From the human T2T-CHM13v2.0 reference genome, Homo sapiens: a DNA stretch of 64,000 nt. The stretch lies in NCBI RefSeq assembly GCF_009914755.1, contig NC_060936.1. One strand, 5' to 3'. The notes under the pieces are model-generated. The model was not told where the DNA came from. It ran no database searches and was given only the letters and a program-made list of their open reading frames with translations. The position numbers and the translations under genes were made by a program. Below are positions 43,375 to 61,775 of the stretch, piece by piece (position 1 is the first letter of the stretch; each line of letters begins with the position of its first letter).

Positions 43375-43556
43375 CAGTGCCTCTTAAAGTGTGGTACCTG
43401 GACCAGCAGCAGCAGCAGCAGCAGCCATTGAAACTTCATAGAAAGACAGATTCTCAGCTTCATCCAAGACTTACTGAATTAGAATATCTCAAGGTAAGGC
43501 CTGGTAATCTGAGCTTTAACTAGCCCTCAAGGTGATTCTTAAGTTCAAGCATCACT
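43375..43556. mobile_element. MER5-type hAT element with an internal (CAG)7 run
   Basis: cagtgcctcttaaagtgtggtacctggaccagcagc...gccctcaaggtgattct...agcatcact. Confidence 0.75.
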
Positions 43557-46507
43557 ATATTAAGTTGAACAAATAGATGCCAGGCCTATAAATACATGTA
43601 ACGCCTAGCATAAATATTTCAACATTAAAAATGACATTTCATAGTTCTTATTTACCCTATTAGCTGTGTTCTGTCAAGATAATGAGAATATTGATATGTT
43701 AGAATACACTGATGGCACTAATTTTTAAATTAGATCAAATAATGACTTGTTATACCTGAAATAAATTGGTTCAGCTTGGTAGATGCAGTTTTTGAGAATT
43801 ATATAAGTCATTTTTAAAAGAATAATTTTAACTTGAGCTGCTTGCATAAATTAAATTGCAAAAAGGTCATAGTATAAATCCTCCTATTAGCAGAGATAGA
43901 AGGTTTTTAAAAAAATTACAGATAAGTCTGAAGGTCTTTTAAAATCTTATATTCAGGAAGTGACTCGGGATGTATATCATTTTAAAATACATGGTCTTAA
44001 ATGTTGTAGTTGTATGACTCTTTCAGTTAATTTAAAATACTTCCTTCTATGAAAAATTGTTTCAAAAATTTTTCTAAATTCTGTTATCCATTTCAAGTAG
44101 GATAGGCAAGAACAGATATAAGATACTACTTTTTTGTTCATGTTTACTAAAAAAAAAATTACTGTAATTGAGATCATGTAAAAACATGTTTCCTGTCTAT
44201 TTGTCTTAACCTTTTAATCCTGGCACCTTAAATTTGACATAGTAGGAATTAGAAGACAATTGCAGAAAATGTCAACTGGGGAAATTTTATTCTACTAAAA
44301 ACTATGTCCATACAACATAGCAAATCACATTTTAAAGGCCAAAAAGTCTTTCATAGCAATTTTTCAGATTATTTTCAAAGCATATCTTCTCTCTGCTCCT
44401 GCAGCATGCCGTTGATTTTTCTGTTATGCAGTCACATAAGTAATTACATGTTTACATGTCTATTTCACTCATAGAACACGAAACAGTTAAATGTAGAATA
44501 ATATCCAATCCATCTTTTTATCACCAGTAGCTAGCATACTGTAGGAACTCAATAAATATATCAGATAAATTGTGGAAATAACCATATCAGCTTATAACAT
44601 ATAGAAATGTGAGTTTAAAAAGAAAACAATTATACATATGAAAAAATTTTTATACCATTTTTTTAAAGACCTTTCAGATGTCATACAGTTTGGACTTTTC
44701 CAGTGTTTCTTGTATCATGAGACAATAGTAGACATTGTAAATCAAAAATAGTTTTCTGGGGTTGTGTACATTTGAAAAAACTGAATATCATATCTGTTCT
44801 TAGAGAGTAATGATGGATATTAACATATCAAAGGTACAGAGAAGTCTTAAAGTTCAAAGTAACATCTGCTTAATTGTATTTAATTCAGTGCTCCATGAGC
44901 TTTTTTATCACTGATTCCCTCCCTTTTTTCTCTTATGATAATAATTAACTTGTTCCTGTAGCATTTTAAGAAATGTTGATTTAGTTGAATGCCTTCACTT
45001 CTCCAATATAATAGCAGAAACTCAGAAATATTTATTTACCCAGAATCATGCAGCTAATAGTACAAGGATTCAGGTCTTTTACTTCCTATTTTGTGGTTCC
45101 CAACTACTTTTGCCAAAGGTCTTTTAAATAATATGAAACATATTAGTGATTGATTCATTATAGTAAATGGGTAAATGATAAGGCTTGCAATAATTCACTG
45201 ACAAGAAAGCTTAAAAGTCAAAAGAAAAAAAAATCCACAGCATTTTTTTTTCTTAGTTATTCTTTCTAAAAGCTGTGTAAGTGCAAAAGCAGAGTCATAG
45301 CACAATGGCAGCCAGCCAGCTACCTAGCATAGCAATGGACTTGAATTGTTTGTATTGTTATAGTGAAGGCTATAGTTTCCCTTTGATCAACTTCTGGTTA
45401 AAATGTGATGGACATTAGAGAACAACTGAATTCCTCTTACCAGCACATTAAAAAGGCCCCAAAGGAAAAATGAGGACTTTCAGCAGCCATCTGTAGTATA
45501 TTTTAAATATTTTATTGCTTAAAGATATTGCAGTTCATTTACTTTCCATATCAATCCAACACCAACCCCATTTCTGTATTTACTTGACTAAAAAAAAGAT
45601 TGCAGAATGGGTATAATCCTTGCAGATATGTTGGAGACTCTCCAGCAACTTCACAGATACATTTATAGCTGGCAGTTAAATATGTGGGTTTTATACATTG
45701 TGTTGGGCTATGTTTAAAGGGTACATTTTTGGGGACTGCAGGATGATTGTGGTTTTGACCTTTATTAACTCCTATTATTGTTCTTACTCTAGATTCTATG
45801 CTAACAATCACAAATATTTTATAAACAAATATATGATTACTTCCTAAGTGCCTGTCATCATAGTAGCACCTTGGGTAAAAATAAAACAAAACAGTATGGG
45901 TGAAAGTTCCTCAGTTTAATGGTAAGAGAGAGTAATGTAAACAAAGGCCCCTCTTAATAGATGTCTATACAATGTGCCTTAGAAGCACCAAAGAGAAACA
46001 GTTACTCCTACCTGGGAGTATAAAGGAAAGACTTCAAAACACAGTAGCATTTAAGCAGGGTCTTAAAGAAAGCATACAACTTTTTGACATCCAGCCTGGG
46101 AGAAATCAGAAGGAATGTGGGGAGTGAGAGCATAAAGGCATAGAAGAGTTTGGTGTGAGGAACCAGTAATGGGATTCTGAAGTGCACTGGGAATGTGGAC
46201 AAGGAGACGAGAGACAAAGGACCTGGGGGCCATACTAGGGTGTTTGGACCTATAGGTGATAAGGAGCTATTTTACTAAGTTTAATTAGTTTTATTTCATT
46301 TCAAGGCAAAAGCACATGCTATAATCATTGTATTTTAAAAGGAACTCTCATAGCAATGTAAGAACATTGAAGAGGGATGAGATAAAGACAGGTAGAGTGC
46401 TTAGAAAGTGACTAAAATAAATTAGATGAGCACCTAACTAAAGAATGGCAGTGGGGAAGGGGGCTGGGGACACCATCTATTTCTAGAGGAACTTGGGTTT
46501 TGTCTAT

Positions 46508-46728
46508 GTGTATGATAATCCTTGGCTGTCATAACTAAATACCACAGACTGAGTGGCTTAAACAATAGACATTTAGTTTTTCACAGTTCTGGAGGCTAGA
46601 AGTTTATGATCAAGGTGTCAGCAAATTTGTTTTTTGATGAGAACTCTTCCTGACTTCCAGAGAGTGGGTTTCATGCTGTATTCTCACATGGCCTTTCCTC
46701 TGTGCTCCTGGAGACATCTATCTATCTG

Positions 46729-46800
<72 letters not shown>

Positions 46801-46997
46801 TGTCTATATAGAGAGAGGTCTTTGGTGTCCCTCTCTCTTCTTATAAGGGCACCAGTGCTATTAGATTAGGATTCCACCCTTATGTATTAATTTAACCTGA
46901 ATTACCTCTGTAAAAGTCCTGTTTCCAAATACAGTCACATTGCAGGTTAAAAATTCATATAAATTAGGGGGTGGAGACATAATTCAATTCATAACCC
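46508..46997 (-). mobile_element. MLT1A/B-type MaLR LTR containing a (TCTG)n(CCTG)n microsatellite (about 46717-46806)
   Basis: ggctgtcataactaaataccacagactgagtggcttaaacaa...gacataattcaattcataac. Confidence 0.8.
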
Positions 46998-48269
46998 TGT
47001 GTAACTCCCAGGTGGATATGTCCTTGGGGATATAAGGTCAGTCACTATATATGTGCTGGATTAAAGTATTAGTATGTATAATAATCATATATATAATCTA
47101 GATCATATATACGAGTGTATACAAAATTAGCTCGTATACAAGCTCTAGATTGTATATATGCATATTTATATTGTAAATTGCTGCCTTTGGAAATGCGTAA
47201 ATGTGGAAAAGAGAGCCAGGGATTGCCAAACCATTTGATTTTGTTTTTCAAGTGAAGCCAAGAGTCTGGACTCTTATGAGAAGTTTCCCAATTTTTAAGT
47301 ATTAGAACTCTCCTAACAGATACGTAAGATCAATAGATACAGTTAAAGACAAAAAACTTTCTTCAGTGGGAGAAAAATCTAGAAATTCACAGACATGGTT
47401 ATATAAAGCAGGAGAGAGTGAAGATTGCACTCATGGTCCTGTAACTGTCCTAGTTCCTTGAAGTTTCTCACCGAGATAGAGCTGGTGATGATACCACCTG
47501 TGCAGAGTGAAAATTCCACCAGTCATGAGAAGCCTGCCCAGCAGGTGAGGTAACTGTGGCAAAACTATCTGAGCTCTTTTTGGAGATTTTAATGCAAGAC
47601 AGCACAAATCTAAAGTCAGCTTCCCAGCCATAGCATCACTCAGTAGAGCTGGCCTCCTGCCTGCCTGAGGCCGATTATGACAGTAATGAATTAAATTTTG
47701 TTTAAACCACTCTGTGACTCTGCACTGTGCAAGCTAGGAACATTTGTATCTCAAATGTACAGTAAGAAAACAAGCCCTGAGAATGAATTCTTAGCATTGA
47801 AAGAGTGAATAAAGGAAGAACAACCATTGGAGAGACAGAGAAATCAGCTTTAACACAAAGATCAAAGGACAACCAGGGTTAGCTGATATTTTTTGAAATG
47901 GAGAGAAGAGGAAATATGCAATACTATACAATTCCATGGATAAGTGATGTTTGACAACTGGCAACTAGTTTCTTATCAGTGGCTTTATCAAAGTTAGTTT
48001 CAATGAAATACTGAAGGAGCATGCTAGGTTATGAAAAGGTGAAGAAGTTAGGAGGTTGAAACAATAAAGGGAGATCTTCAGGAAAGTTGCAGGGAAGGTA
48101 AGGAGAAAGATCAGATAGAAGTCAACAAAAGGGACAGGATGAAGATTATTGCTGATTTGCTCTGTTTTGTTTTGGGGAGAAAGGAATTTGATCTGGTACA
48201 GAGAGTGAATTCCTAGACAAAATAAGGTGATAAGTCTTAAGGAAGATAGAAGAATCTGGGAAAAGATTA

Positions 48270-48545
48270 CTAGAACTGCTGTAGATTTAACATTTATCTC
48301 CTTTCCACAATTCATGTGTTAAAACCTAGTCCCCCTTGTGATGATATTTGGAGGTAAGGTCTTTGGGAAGTGATTGGATCACAAGAGTGGAGCTCTCATG
48401 AATGCTATTAGTGTCCTTAGAAAAGAAATCACTAGCAAGTGCCCCTTAGCCTCTCCTGCCATATGAGGTTACATCAAAAAGTCAGCTGCCTATGAACCAG
48501 CAATCAGGCCCTCTTCAGACACAAATCTGCTGGCACCTTGATAAA
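48270..48545 (+). mobile_element. MLT1A-type MaLR LTR fragment
   Basis: aattcatgtgttaaaacctagtcccc...ctatgaaccagcaatcaggccctc...ctgctggcaccttgat. Confidence 0.7.
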
Positions 48546-50275
48546 GGCTTCTGAAAACATTACCTTGAAGTCCCTGAGCATGTTTAATGAAAGGAAGGGG
48601 ATCAAAGAGGTTGATTAGAAGGTTTTTACCACAAAATAAAATAAAATAATAATAAATTTCACATTTGAGAGGTAGAGATTTACTGACTGGTTGAACAAAT
48701 TGCAAGCTATAACCTGGGTTACTGAAGTAGAATGATAATAGAAGTCAAAATTAGGTTACGTAGATGATTCATCCAGGTAGCTATTCAGTCAATATGATGG
48801 CAAAATGAATCTCAAAGGAGAGAAAGGCAAAGCTCCAGATACCATATATTATATTGAATATGAACAAAATTCTACAACTTGTGGTAACAAAGATACCTTT
48901 CAAGCTATATTTTGGGTTGTCTGTCACATTGTTATCTAAACTATATTCCTAAATATAGTGATTGCTAATTTTAATTATAAACTAATCAATATAACTTCAC
49001 ATTTATACTATTTTCATATATAATCATGCTTTTATTGAAAGTATAAAAGCATAATACATCATAGAAATTATTTTTGTATTGTACTACTTGATGGATTGTT
49101 TTGATTTGTGAAACTATAATCCAGATGCTGAAATCACAGTTTCCAAAAGGCATTAAAGATTGTCATGTTTTTATGTGACTCTGAGGTTGCCATTGTAACT
49201 CATCATATATTGAAGCAGGCCTAAGTTCAAATCTAAATACATAGTTAACACTAAATATCTAAGTCTGCAATTGTTAGCAATGTGCAGAAAATTACATTGC
49301 CATGACAAAGGGCACCATGCCAGTTCTCATGAAATCATGGGGGCATCAGTTATAAGGGTGGGAGACCTTTATGATTTCCAAGCCTTTTCCAACTAGGAAA
49401 AGTAAAGGCAACAGAGATTTTTCCTAAGCCGCCAAGCAAATATCTCTGGGATCAGGTTCATGATGCTTGTCACTAGTGTGTGTAAACTAATCATTCATTT
49501 TATCCATGTTGATTTGTTCCAGTACAATCACAGAATTAGTATACTCCCATGTCTTAACTATTTCCTTCATTAGCTTACTGGCTCTCCATAGTAATTAAAA
49601 GCAAACACAATAAAGATTAACAGGCTGAGATGGAAAGAGACAAAGTAAATATAATTACTTCATTTTATAATCAGATGGCCTGCCTTTTCTGCCCACATTT
49701 CTTTACTCTAAGAGACCAATGCAAAATAATAGGGACGTGGAAAAACTGTTATTGATGCCCTCTCAAATTCCCTTTGCCATTCTGCTCATGATTGCAAGAA
49801 TATGAACAGGTTCTGGACTTCTCTTCAAATCTTAAAATTAACTGTGCCCATTGTGAATAACCTCAGAGGCTTCCAGTACTTTTTTATAATGCCCCTTAGG
49901 AAATTAATTCATACCACATCCACATGTTGAGAACCTACTCTCTGCCAATCACTGTGCTCAATCCTGGGCTTTTTATTCAAGAGTCTTATATTAGAAGAGC
50001 ATTAGAATAGGGATTGTTAAACCTCAATTGCCATTGAAATTCAAAAGATCCTTCAACACTACAACTGGCCCAAGTTGTAGATTGTAGCTCTAAATGCTAT
50101 TTTTTCATAAGACTCACCTTGACATTAAACTTGATCAATTTTTAACTTTACCATTATAGAATGATTCTCCCAATACAAGAGATGGTTCCCAGGACTCTTA
50201 TTGATGTATAATTTTTATCTTATCTGCTTATAATAGAATTTACTAATGAATCTTATGAGGATGGTAAACATATTG

Positions 50276-50378
50276 AGAAGAAGAAAAGAGGAAGAAGAAA
50301 AGGAGGAAAGGAGGAGAAAAGAGGAGGAGGAAGAGGAGGAATGAGGAGGAAAAGGAGGAGAACGAAGAGGAGGAAGAG
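50276..50378. repeat. GA-rich (GAG/GAA) low-complexity tract
   Basis: Nearly pure purine run. Confidence 0.85.
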
Positions 50379-50929
50379 TAGTCAAATTTGTTATAATAAC
50401 AATAGCTATAATAGACATAAGTATTGAGGACCTAGTGTGTGTAGCTAACATACCATATTACTTAAATATATTATTTTACTTTATCTTTACAATAGCCCTA
50501 TAAAGTAGGTTTTATTACTACCATTGAGGCAAATAATTCTTACATCAAGTAGCTTACCCATAGATACTTTCTTAATAAATAATAATTGCAGAATTTGAAT
50601 TTAGATCTTATGTTTTAAGTATTATTCATAAAATTATTAATTTAGATAAAGGTTTTTATCATGCCTGGATGAAATATTTTGACTTCATAAATTATTTAAT
50701 TTTTCCATTTTGACCTAAACATATCTATACTATAAATAGTTTTTTTAAAATTCAGCTTCAAAAAAGTTGGTAAATTAATTCAATGTATAATGGTATCTAT
50801 TTCCATTGCAGATTGTCAATAGATCTTAAAACACAGGTGACAGAACAGTCATTTCACATGTGTGAGAGCGTCTAAAAAGCTAGTTAGCTTGCTGATATCA
50901 ATAAAGCAATTTAACAGTGTTTTGTTCTT

Positions 50930-51022
50930 TTATATATATTATATATAATATATAATTATATATAATTACATATATATAATTTATAATACATATATTTTAT
51001 ATATAATGGATGTAATATATAT
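50930..51022. repeat. TA-rich simple repeat
   Basis: Degenerate (TA)n. Confidence 0.85.
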
Positions 51023-52886
51023 AAATCTGTCATTATCTTGAAATCTAATTATTACTGAAATATCTATTTCTAACAGGCTCAGGAAATAGAAAAATGGAAG
51101 AGGGAGAAATATGTTTGGCTCATAAAATGAAAAATACTAAAAGAGCACTTATATGAGGGAAAAAGGAATTTTGGTCCTTTTATATTACATGATATTACTT
51201 TTCATGATGAGAGATATCCTAGCTAATTAAATGGTTAATTTTATTTAAGAAGTTATATCTATACATGAAACACTTCGTTATTTTGCCTTCAAGAACTAGG
51301 CATGAATTCTTTTTTTTTTTTAATAGGCTAACTAATGGGTTCAGATTTTCAATTTGGGATCATTAAATTGAAGGCATTTTGGCCGGCAGCTGATAAATTC
51401 TGCATCTTCCTCACTCCGGCTGCATAGAGTGGGTGGCATGGACTTATTTATTAGAGGCATATGGGTTCCATTTATATTTTTTTCTTGCTTGACTTAATTT
51501 GCATTTTAAATAGTTAAAGTTATTTGCAATAAGCTTGGTTTTTTTTAAAGCCTTACCAGAGCTCCCATATGTTTTTTTAGGATAAGTTGTAAATGACAGT
51601 GTTTTCATTATAAAATTATTTTCTAAACTAAATCGTTTTTTATTACAAAACTTTTCTAGGTTTATTAATGAAAATTCACAGAGTATACAAAAGTGTGAAG
51701 AAGAATCTAAAAAGAATCTGTAATCCTCTCATCCCAAAGACAACCAAGAATATTGCATTAAGATATTTCCTTCTAGGCTTCTTTACCCTTTCTATTTACA
51801 TAGTTTGGTTACATCATATATATAGTATAGTACCCTGCTTTCTTCACTGTATTTATATAATAAATAATACTGTGTAATATTAGATATTATTTTTGAATAT
51901 GATTTTTAATGATTGCATGTCCTTCTGTTATGTGGAATAAATTACATATCTAAAGAGCTAGTGCAATAAACCATTAAATTTAAGGTATTCATCACATTTC
52001 TGATTTATATGCAGAACAATTAGCAGAATCCTATCTGATCTGGTTGTATGACTATATTCATGAATTTGTTTTCTAAAAAGATCAAATTTTGAACTTACTA
52101 GGAGATGCCTCACATATCGTGTGTGTATGTTAGTGTGGGTATATGTGTATGTATATATATACATACACATTTGGTATTTTTCTATACTTGTTTGATGAGA
52201 TAAAGATTTACAATTTTTAGATTTTTAATTTCAAGTATGTATTTGTAAACTATCAGGAATTATAGTTTGTTGCAATTATGAAATATTTTGTCAGTTAGGT
52301 TTTCCTGCTGACAAGATAGATGATAAAACCTTTTTACTGAAACTATGCTTCTTTATGAAACTTAATTAAATATCCAGGAGTTCCTTACTTTTTACAGAAC
52401 AAAACTCTATCATTTGTTTCTCTAAGAGTATATTTTACTCTAACGTCAGACACGTTGGACTAGCCACATCTACCTGACTGTTCAAATATTTGCTAGGTAA
52501 AAATAAAATTATTTATAATAATAGTTCCCTTCTTGAATATTTGGTTGGTGCCACATATATTGCTGAGTACTTCACATGTGCGAATTAATTTAATTCCCAT
52601 AACAACCTTCTAGGTTTGATACTATAATCAATGCCTTTTTGCAAATGAGGCATGCAATGCACAAGAGACTGAAAAACTTTCTCAAGGTTACACCACTAGT
52701 AAATGCCAGATGCTGGGATTTATACTCAGGTGAAGTTTTTTTTTTTTTTTTAAAGTGCATAAGAATAATGACGTCAATAATATTTTAATTATTTTGAAAT
52801 TGTTTCCAGCTTCACTCTTGATCACAAGCTAGTGACTAGAACAGGTTAATCATAGTGAAAACTAATAGATATGCTGTTTAAATTTC

Positions 52887-56267
<3,381 letters not shown>

Positions 56268-56752
56268 TAGCAGAGATATGTTCATACTCAAATATTATAC
56301 TAGCTTTGCTGCTTCTGAAACTGTACAAATATATTATTGAAAAAATGTCTTAAATGTAGAAATATGTAAAGTCCAGAATGCAAAAGGAAATAAAAGCAAT
56401 AAAGCTATGAAAGTGGCAACACTGAAGAAGAATTGTAACTGATTTAGCAGGCCCACAAAAGCACTGAGAACACTGTGGGAAAAGTCAAGAAGGAGGCAGT
56501 TTATACTACAGGAATCCCAAAAAGGCTTGGGAATTTTAGGATCAAATAGTAGAACACAGTGCCTATTCTTGGATATTTTATAGACTTCTGGAAAAGACAC
56601 ACAGAGTCTTCAAAAATAATATCGCAGATTATAAGATTGACATACAACTAGGACATAGAGGAGGGTCACTGAACCTGTGAAGTTTTGAGGAGAGTTTACA
56701 GAAAAGACGACACCTGAAGTGAGTCTTGGAGGATAAATAAAAGACATGATGT

Positions 56753-57052
<300 letters not shown>

Positions 57053-57892
57053 ATGAAGATATGAAGATATGACGCAAGACAGAATTAGTATTCCAATGCC
57101 AATTGGCATTTGGTATTCTACTAATTCTGATTTGAGATGTAGGGATGAATATGAAGTAAAAACAGGAGGAACTGGATCAGAAGCTTTTTAAGAAGTGGTC
57201 AGACCTCCAGTTGTCCAACCCAACTCTTGAAATAGTAGATAACTGTCTCTTTTCTATCTTAGCAAAAGACTAGAGAGTTTCCTCTGGGAAAAGAAAAAAA
57301 GAAATGTAATCTGGATGGGACACACTGCACAGTTGAGGGCTGAACACAGGTTAATTAAATATTGAGAAGAACTTTTTTCCCTCCTTGGATCCTGTAATCC
57401 TGGCAACCTGGTGTGAGTCTACCTGATCAGGACTATCACTGATCCTTTACTTTCCCTGTATATCTGACACGTGCTTACTGACTGCAAGTCTGTACATCAT
57501 TGTAAGCAGTACAGATATGAAGAAAACATAGTGTTGTGAGAAATAATTTAACATAATTAATCATAAAAAGGGGATTTAGAGTTTAGATTCCTGGTTTATG
57601 ATCCCATCTAAGCCATCGGTTGGTTGTGTGGGTCTGGAAAGTTAGCTGTCCTGGCCTCATTTTTATATTTATAAAATGAATGAAACTAACAGTTACAAGA
57701 ATAGTTCTCTTTAGATTGTGACAGAAAATCATACTAAAACCGACTTGAGAAAAAAAAAGTATGTATTGTTTGTATAACTGAGAAGTCCATAGTTACTATG
57801 AATTTGGATGTGGCTGAATAGAACAGTATTTGGTTACCTTTATCTCCTGGCCTGGCTGTGGTATTTTTCCTAGATAGGATTTGGGGGTTATG

Positions 57893-58160
57893 GAGTCTTA
57901 CATCCAATGCAAAGATGGACTAGCACAGGAATTCTAAAGGGTTTTTAAAATTTTAGTTTTAAGTGAAAAGAGAGTATGAGATTTTTAGATATAAAGACTT
58001 AGATTTATAGCTTAATTACCTGAAACGGTTTGGGGAAAACTAATCCACAGTCATCAGTTTTGAAAGAAATGTGCTTTAAGACAAAGCATAATTATTGCCT
58101 ACCTCCAAAGTTTTATTAACCTGCCATTGATCTATTAATTATTTTCATGACTACTAACAT
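57893..58160 (+). repeat. Copy 1 of a diverged ~265-bp direct repeat (copy 2 at 61514-61775)
   Basis: Shared blocks: ctagcacaRgaattctaaag, tgagatttttagatataaagactYagatttatagctta, ttttgaaagaaatKtgctttaaRacaaagcat, ttattttcatgact. Confidence 0.9.
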
Positions 58161-59634
58161 GAAATGTGAGGCCCTCCTCTGATTAAAACAATGCACTCTC
58201 AGTCCTATATAATTCAGGGTTCAAATCCAGTGGGAGAGAAACAAGCTTCTGCAAGGTTCCCAAGAGTCAAGTGGATTGAACAGGTTAGGACATCCTGAAA
58301 CAATCACGGAAGCCAAAGAAGCATCTTCATAGCCTAAGTCTTTACTTACCTCTTAACATGCTTACTCTATGGAATTCCCAATGCACTTTTTCTCTACTCT
58401 CTCCCTTCTTGTTTTCCCAATCTGAGCATCCTGGCGTCTGGCACACAGGCTTACCTTATCTCTTGGTTTGCCTGGTGCCACAGTTTACAATATGAAAATG
58501 TGTAACTATTTGTTGATGTCCACCACCATCCTAAAACCAGCTATTCTGTGGCGTTGCTTATGCCTGAAATCCCATACTCAACCTGGAATACCAATTCTGG
58601 TTTCCTTCGTATCTCTTATTTATCCTCCAAGACTCACTTCAGGTGTTGCCTTCTCTGTGAACTCTCCTCAAAACCTCATAGACTCAGTGCTCTTTCTCTG
58701 TGCGCTAGTTGTGTGTCAATCTTATAATTCGCCATGTTATATTGAGGACTCTGTGTCTGTCTTTTCCAGAAACCTATGACATACCCAAAGACAGGGACTC
58801 CCAGAATCGAATGCAGTTCTTATCACAAAATATACATGTGATGTATATTTTGCCATCATATGCATCTTAATGTTTCCCATATTATTTCGAAAGTATTTAT
58901 TTCATGTCTTTTCTGACTTTATATTCTTCACATCTAGCACTGGACCTGATTCACTATTAGTACTCAATAAACGTTTATGTAAATGAATGAATGAATGACA
59001 TGCTTTCTTTTGAGAGCTTTTTAAAAAAAACACAGGTATGAAAAGCATGTAGCTAGGGTATTATCTCAAAAGAAAAAATACATTTGAAATCATTGTGGAG
59101 GAAAATTTATTGAGTATGAAATTCTATAGAAGCCATATAATCCAAAATATTGCTACCTGCTTTTACTTGCTTAAGAAATTCAAGGCTTTCTAGCTTGTGG
59201 TAATTTTAAAATATTTTGACCAAGATATTAATATGTTTAAATAGCAAAGTATAATACTAGGATATCTGATGGTAATTTACTTTAGAAATTCTGCTTAAAG
59301 TATCTTTGGATTGTGTCTAAAACATCAAAGAATTCATCTCTGAGTTTAGAAAATGTGTTGAGTGAAATGATAGACTTCTAATATTTGTTGTATATGTAAT
59401 TTATATAAATATTTTCTGAAAAAATACAATTATATGTATGGACCTTTCCATATTTCTTAAGTTTCTTCTTAAGTTTTTTTCATATTCTTCATTTGTTTTT
59501 ACTCCTTGATACTAATTCTGTAAAATAATGAAAATTTTTAGAAAGCTCTGTTGTACAAATAAAAATATAAAAGCTCAATAAAGTTAACCCAAATTTCAAT
59601 AACTAAATTAAGTTGGATTTCAACTCAGCTTGAT

Positions 59635-59860
59635 TCTTATCTGGGCCAGAGTTTACAATTTTTGTTCATAAAGGACCAGACAATAAATATTTTAGGCTTT
59701 ACGGGCCAAGAGGCAAAATCAAGATATTGTGTATCTGTTTACACAATGAGAGAAAACAAATTGTCCCCAATTTTTCTAACTATTTAGAAATGTAAAAGAC
59801 ATTCTTAAATAACAGTGTACAATTTGGGTTTTTTCCATGGCCATAGTTTGCTGACTCCCA
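59635..59860. mobile_element. MER58-type hAT element
   Basis: taaaggaccagacaataaatattttaggcttt...catggccatagtttgctgactcc. Confidence 0.65.
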
Positions 59861-59918
59861 TGGTGGTGAAACAAATCCAAATCTTAACTGTTAGACTCTT
59901 AAGTTTAACATTGATTCT

Positions 59919-61031
<1,113 letters not shown>

Positions 61032-61513
61032 TCTTTCCACTCTTTTAAATTTAAAGCCATAGCTTCTCTCTCAATAACCTCACAGCACAATAATAGACAA
61101 CTAGAACTGCATTGAGACAATTCTCCATGGAAAGATGACTCTCTGAGATTTGGTTTCCCCTCCCTTCAAAACACCCAGAAGATAATGTGGCATAGTGAAA
61201 TCATCTGAATACTTAACCACTTTAGCAAGAGAGAAGTATTTAGAAAAATCAAATTATAAAGACAAATATTAATTTTGATCATATTTCTAACAAATAATGT
61301 TGCTGGTTTTTAACCACTTGACTTGGTGATTCCTTAAATAGATCAAAAGGCTTATACACAAATAACATCCTCCTATGTCCTAGCAGCACTCAGAATTGAC
61401 TCCAAAATAAAACTGTTATTTGAAAACCCCAGCTGTGAGTATGCCTTGGTGTTAGAAAGTGTCACACCTTTTGTAGCTAGAACTGTCACAGCATGAAGAA
61501 CTGATGTGCCATT

Positions 61514-61775
61514 GAGTCCTACATCCTGCGCAAGGATGGGCTAGCACAAGAATTCTAAAGATGTCTTTTTTTTATTTTTAAATGAAAAGACAGTGTGAGA
61601 TTTTTAGATATAAAGACTCAGATTTATAGCTTAGCTAGCTGGAAATGCCTTGGAAAAAAATAGAATCATAAATTTTGAAAGAAATTTGCTTTAAAACAAA
61701 GCATGATTATTTCTTATCTCTGAAGTTTTATTAGCCTGCTATTGATGCGTTCATTATTTTCATGACTGATAACAT
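61514..61775 (+). repeat. Copy 2 of the diverged ~265-bp direct repeat
   Basis: Collinear with 57893-58160 by eye. Confidence 0.9.

Noticed and set aside
43404-43424. (CAG)7 as a polyglutamine or expansion locus
   Set aside because: It is short, intronic and inside a MER5 element.
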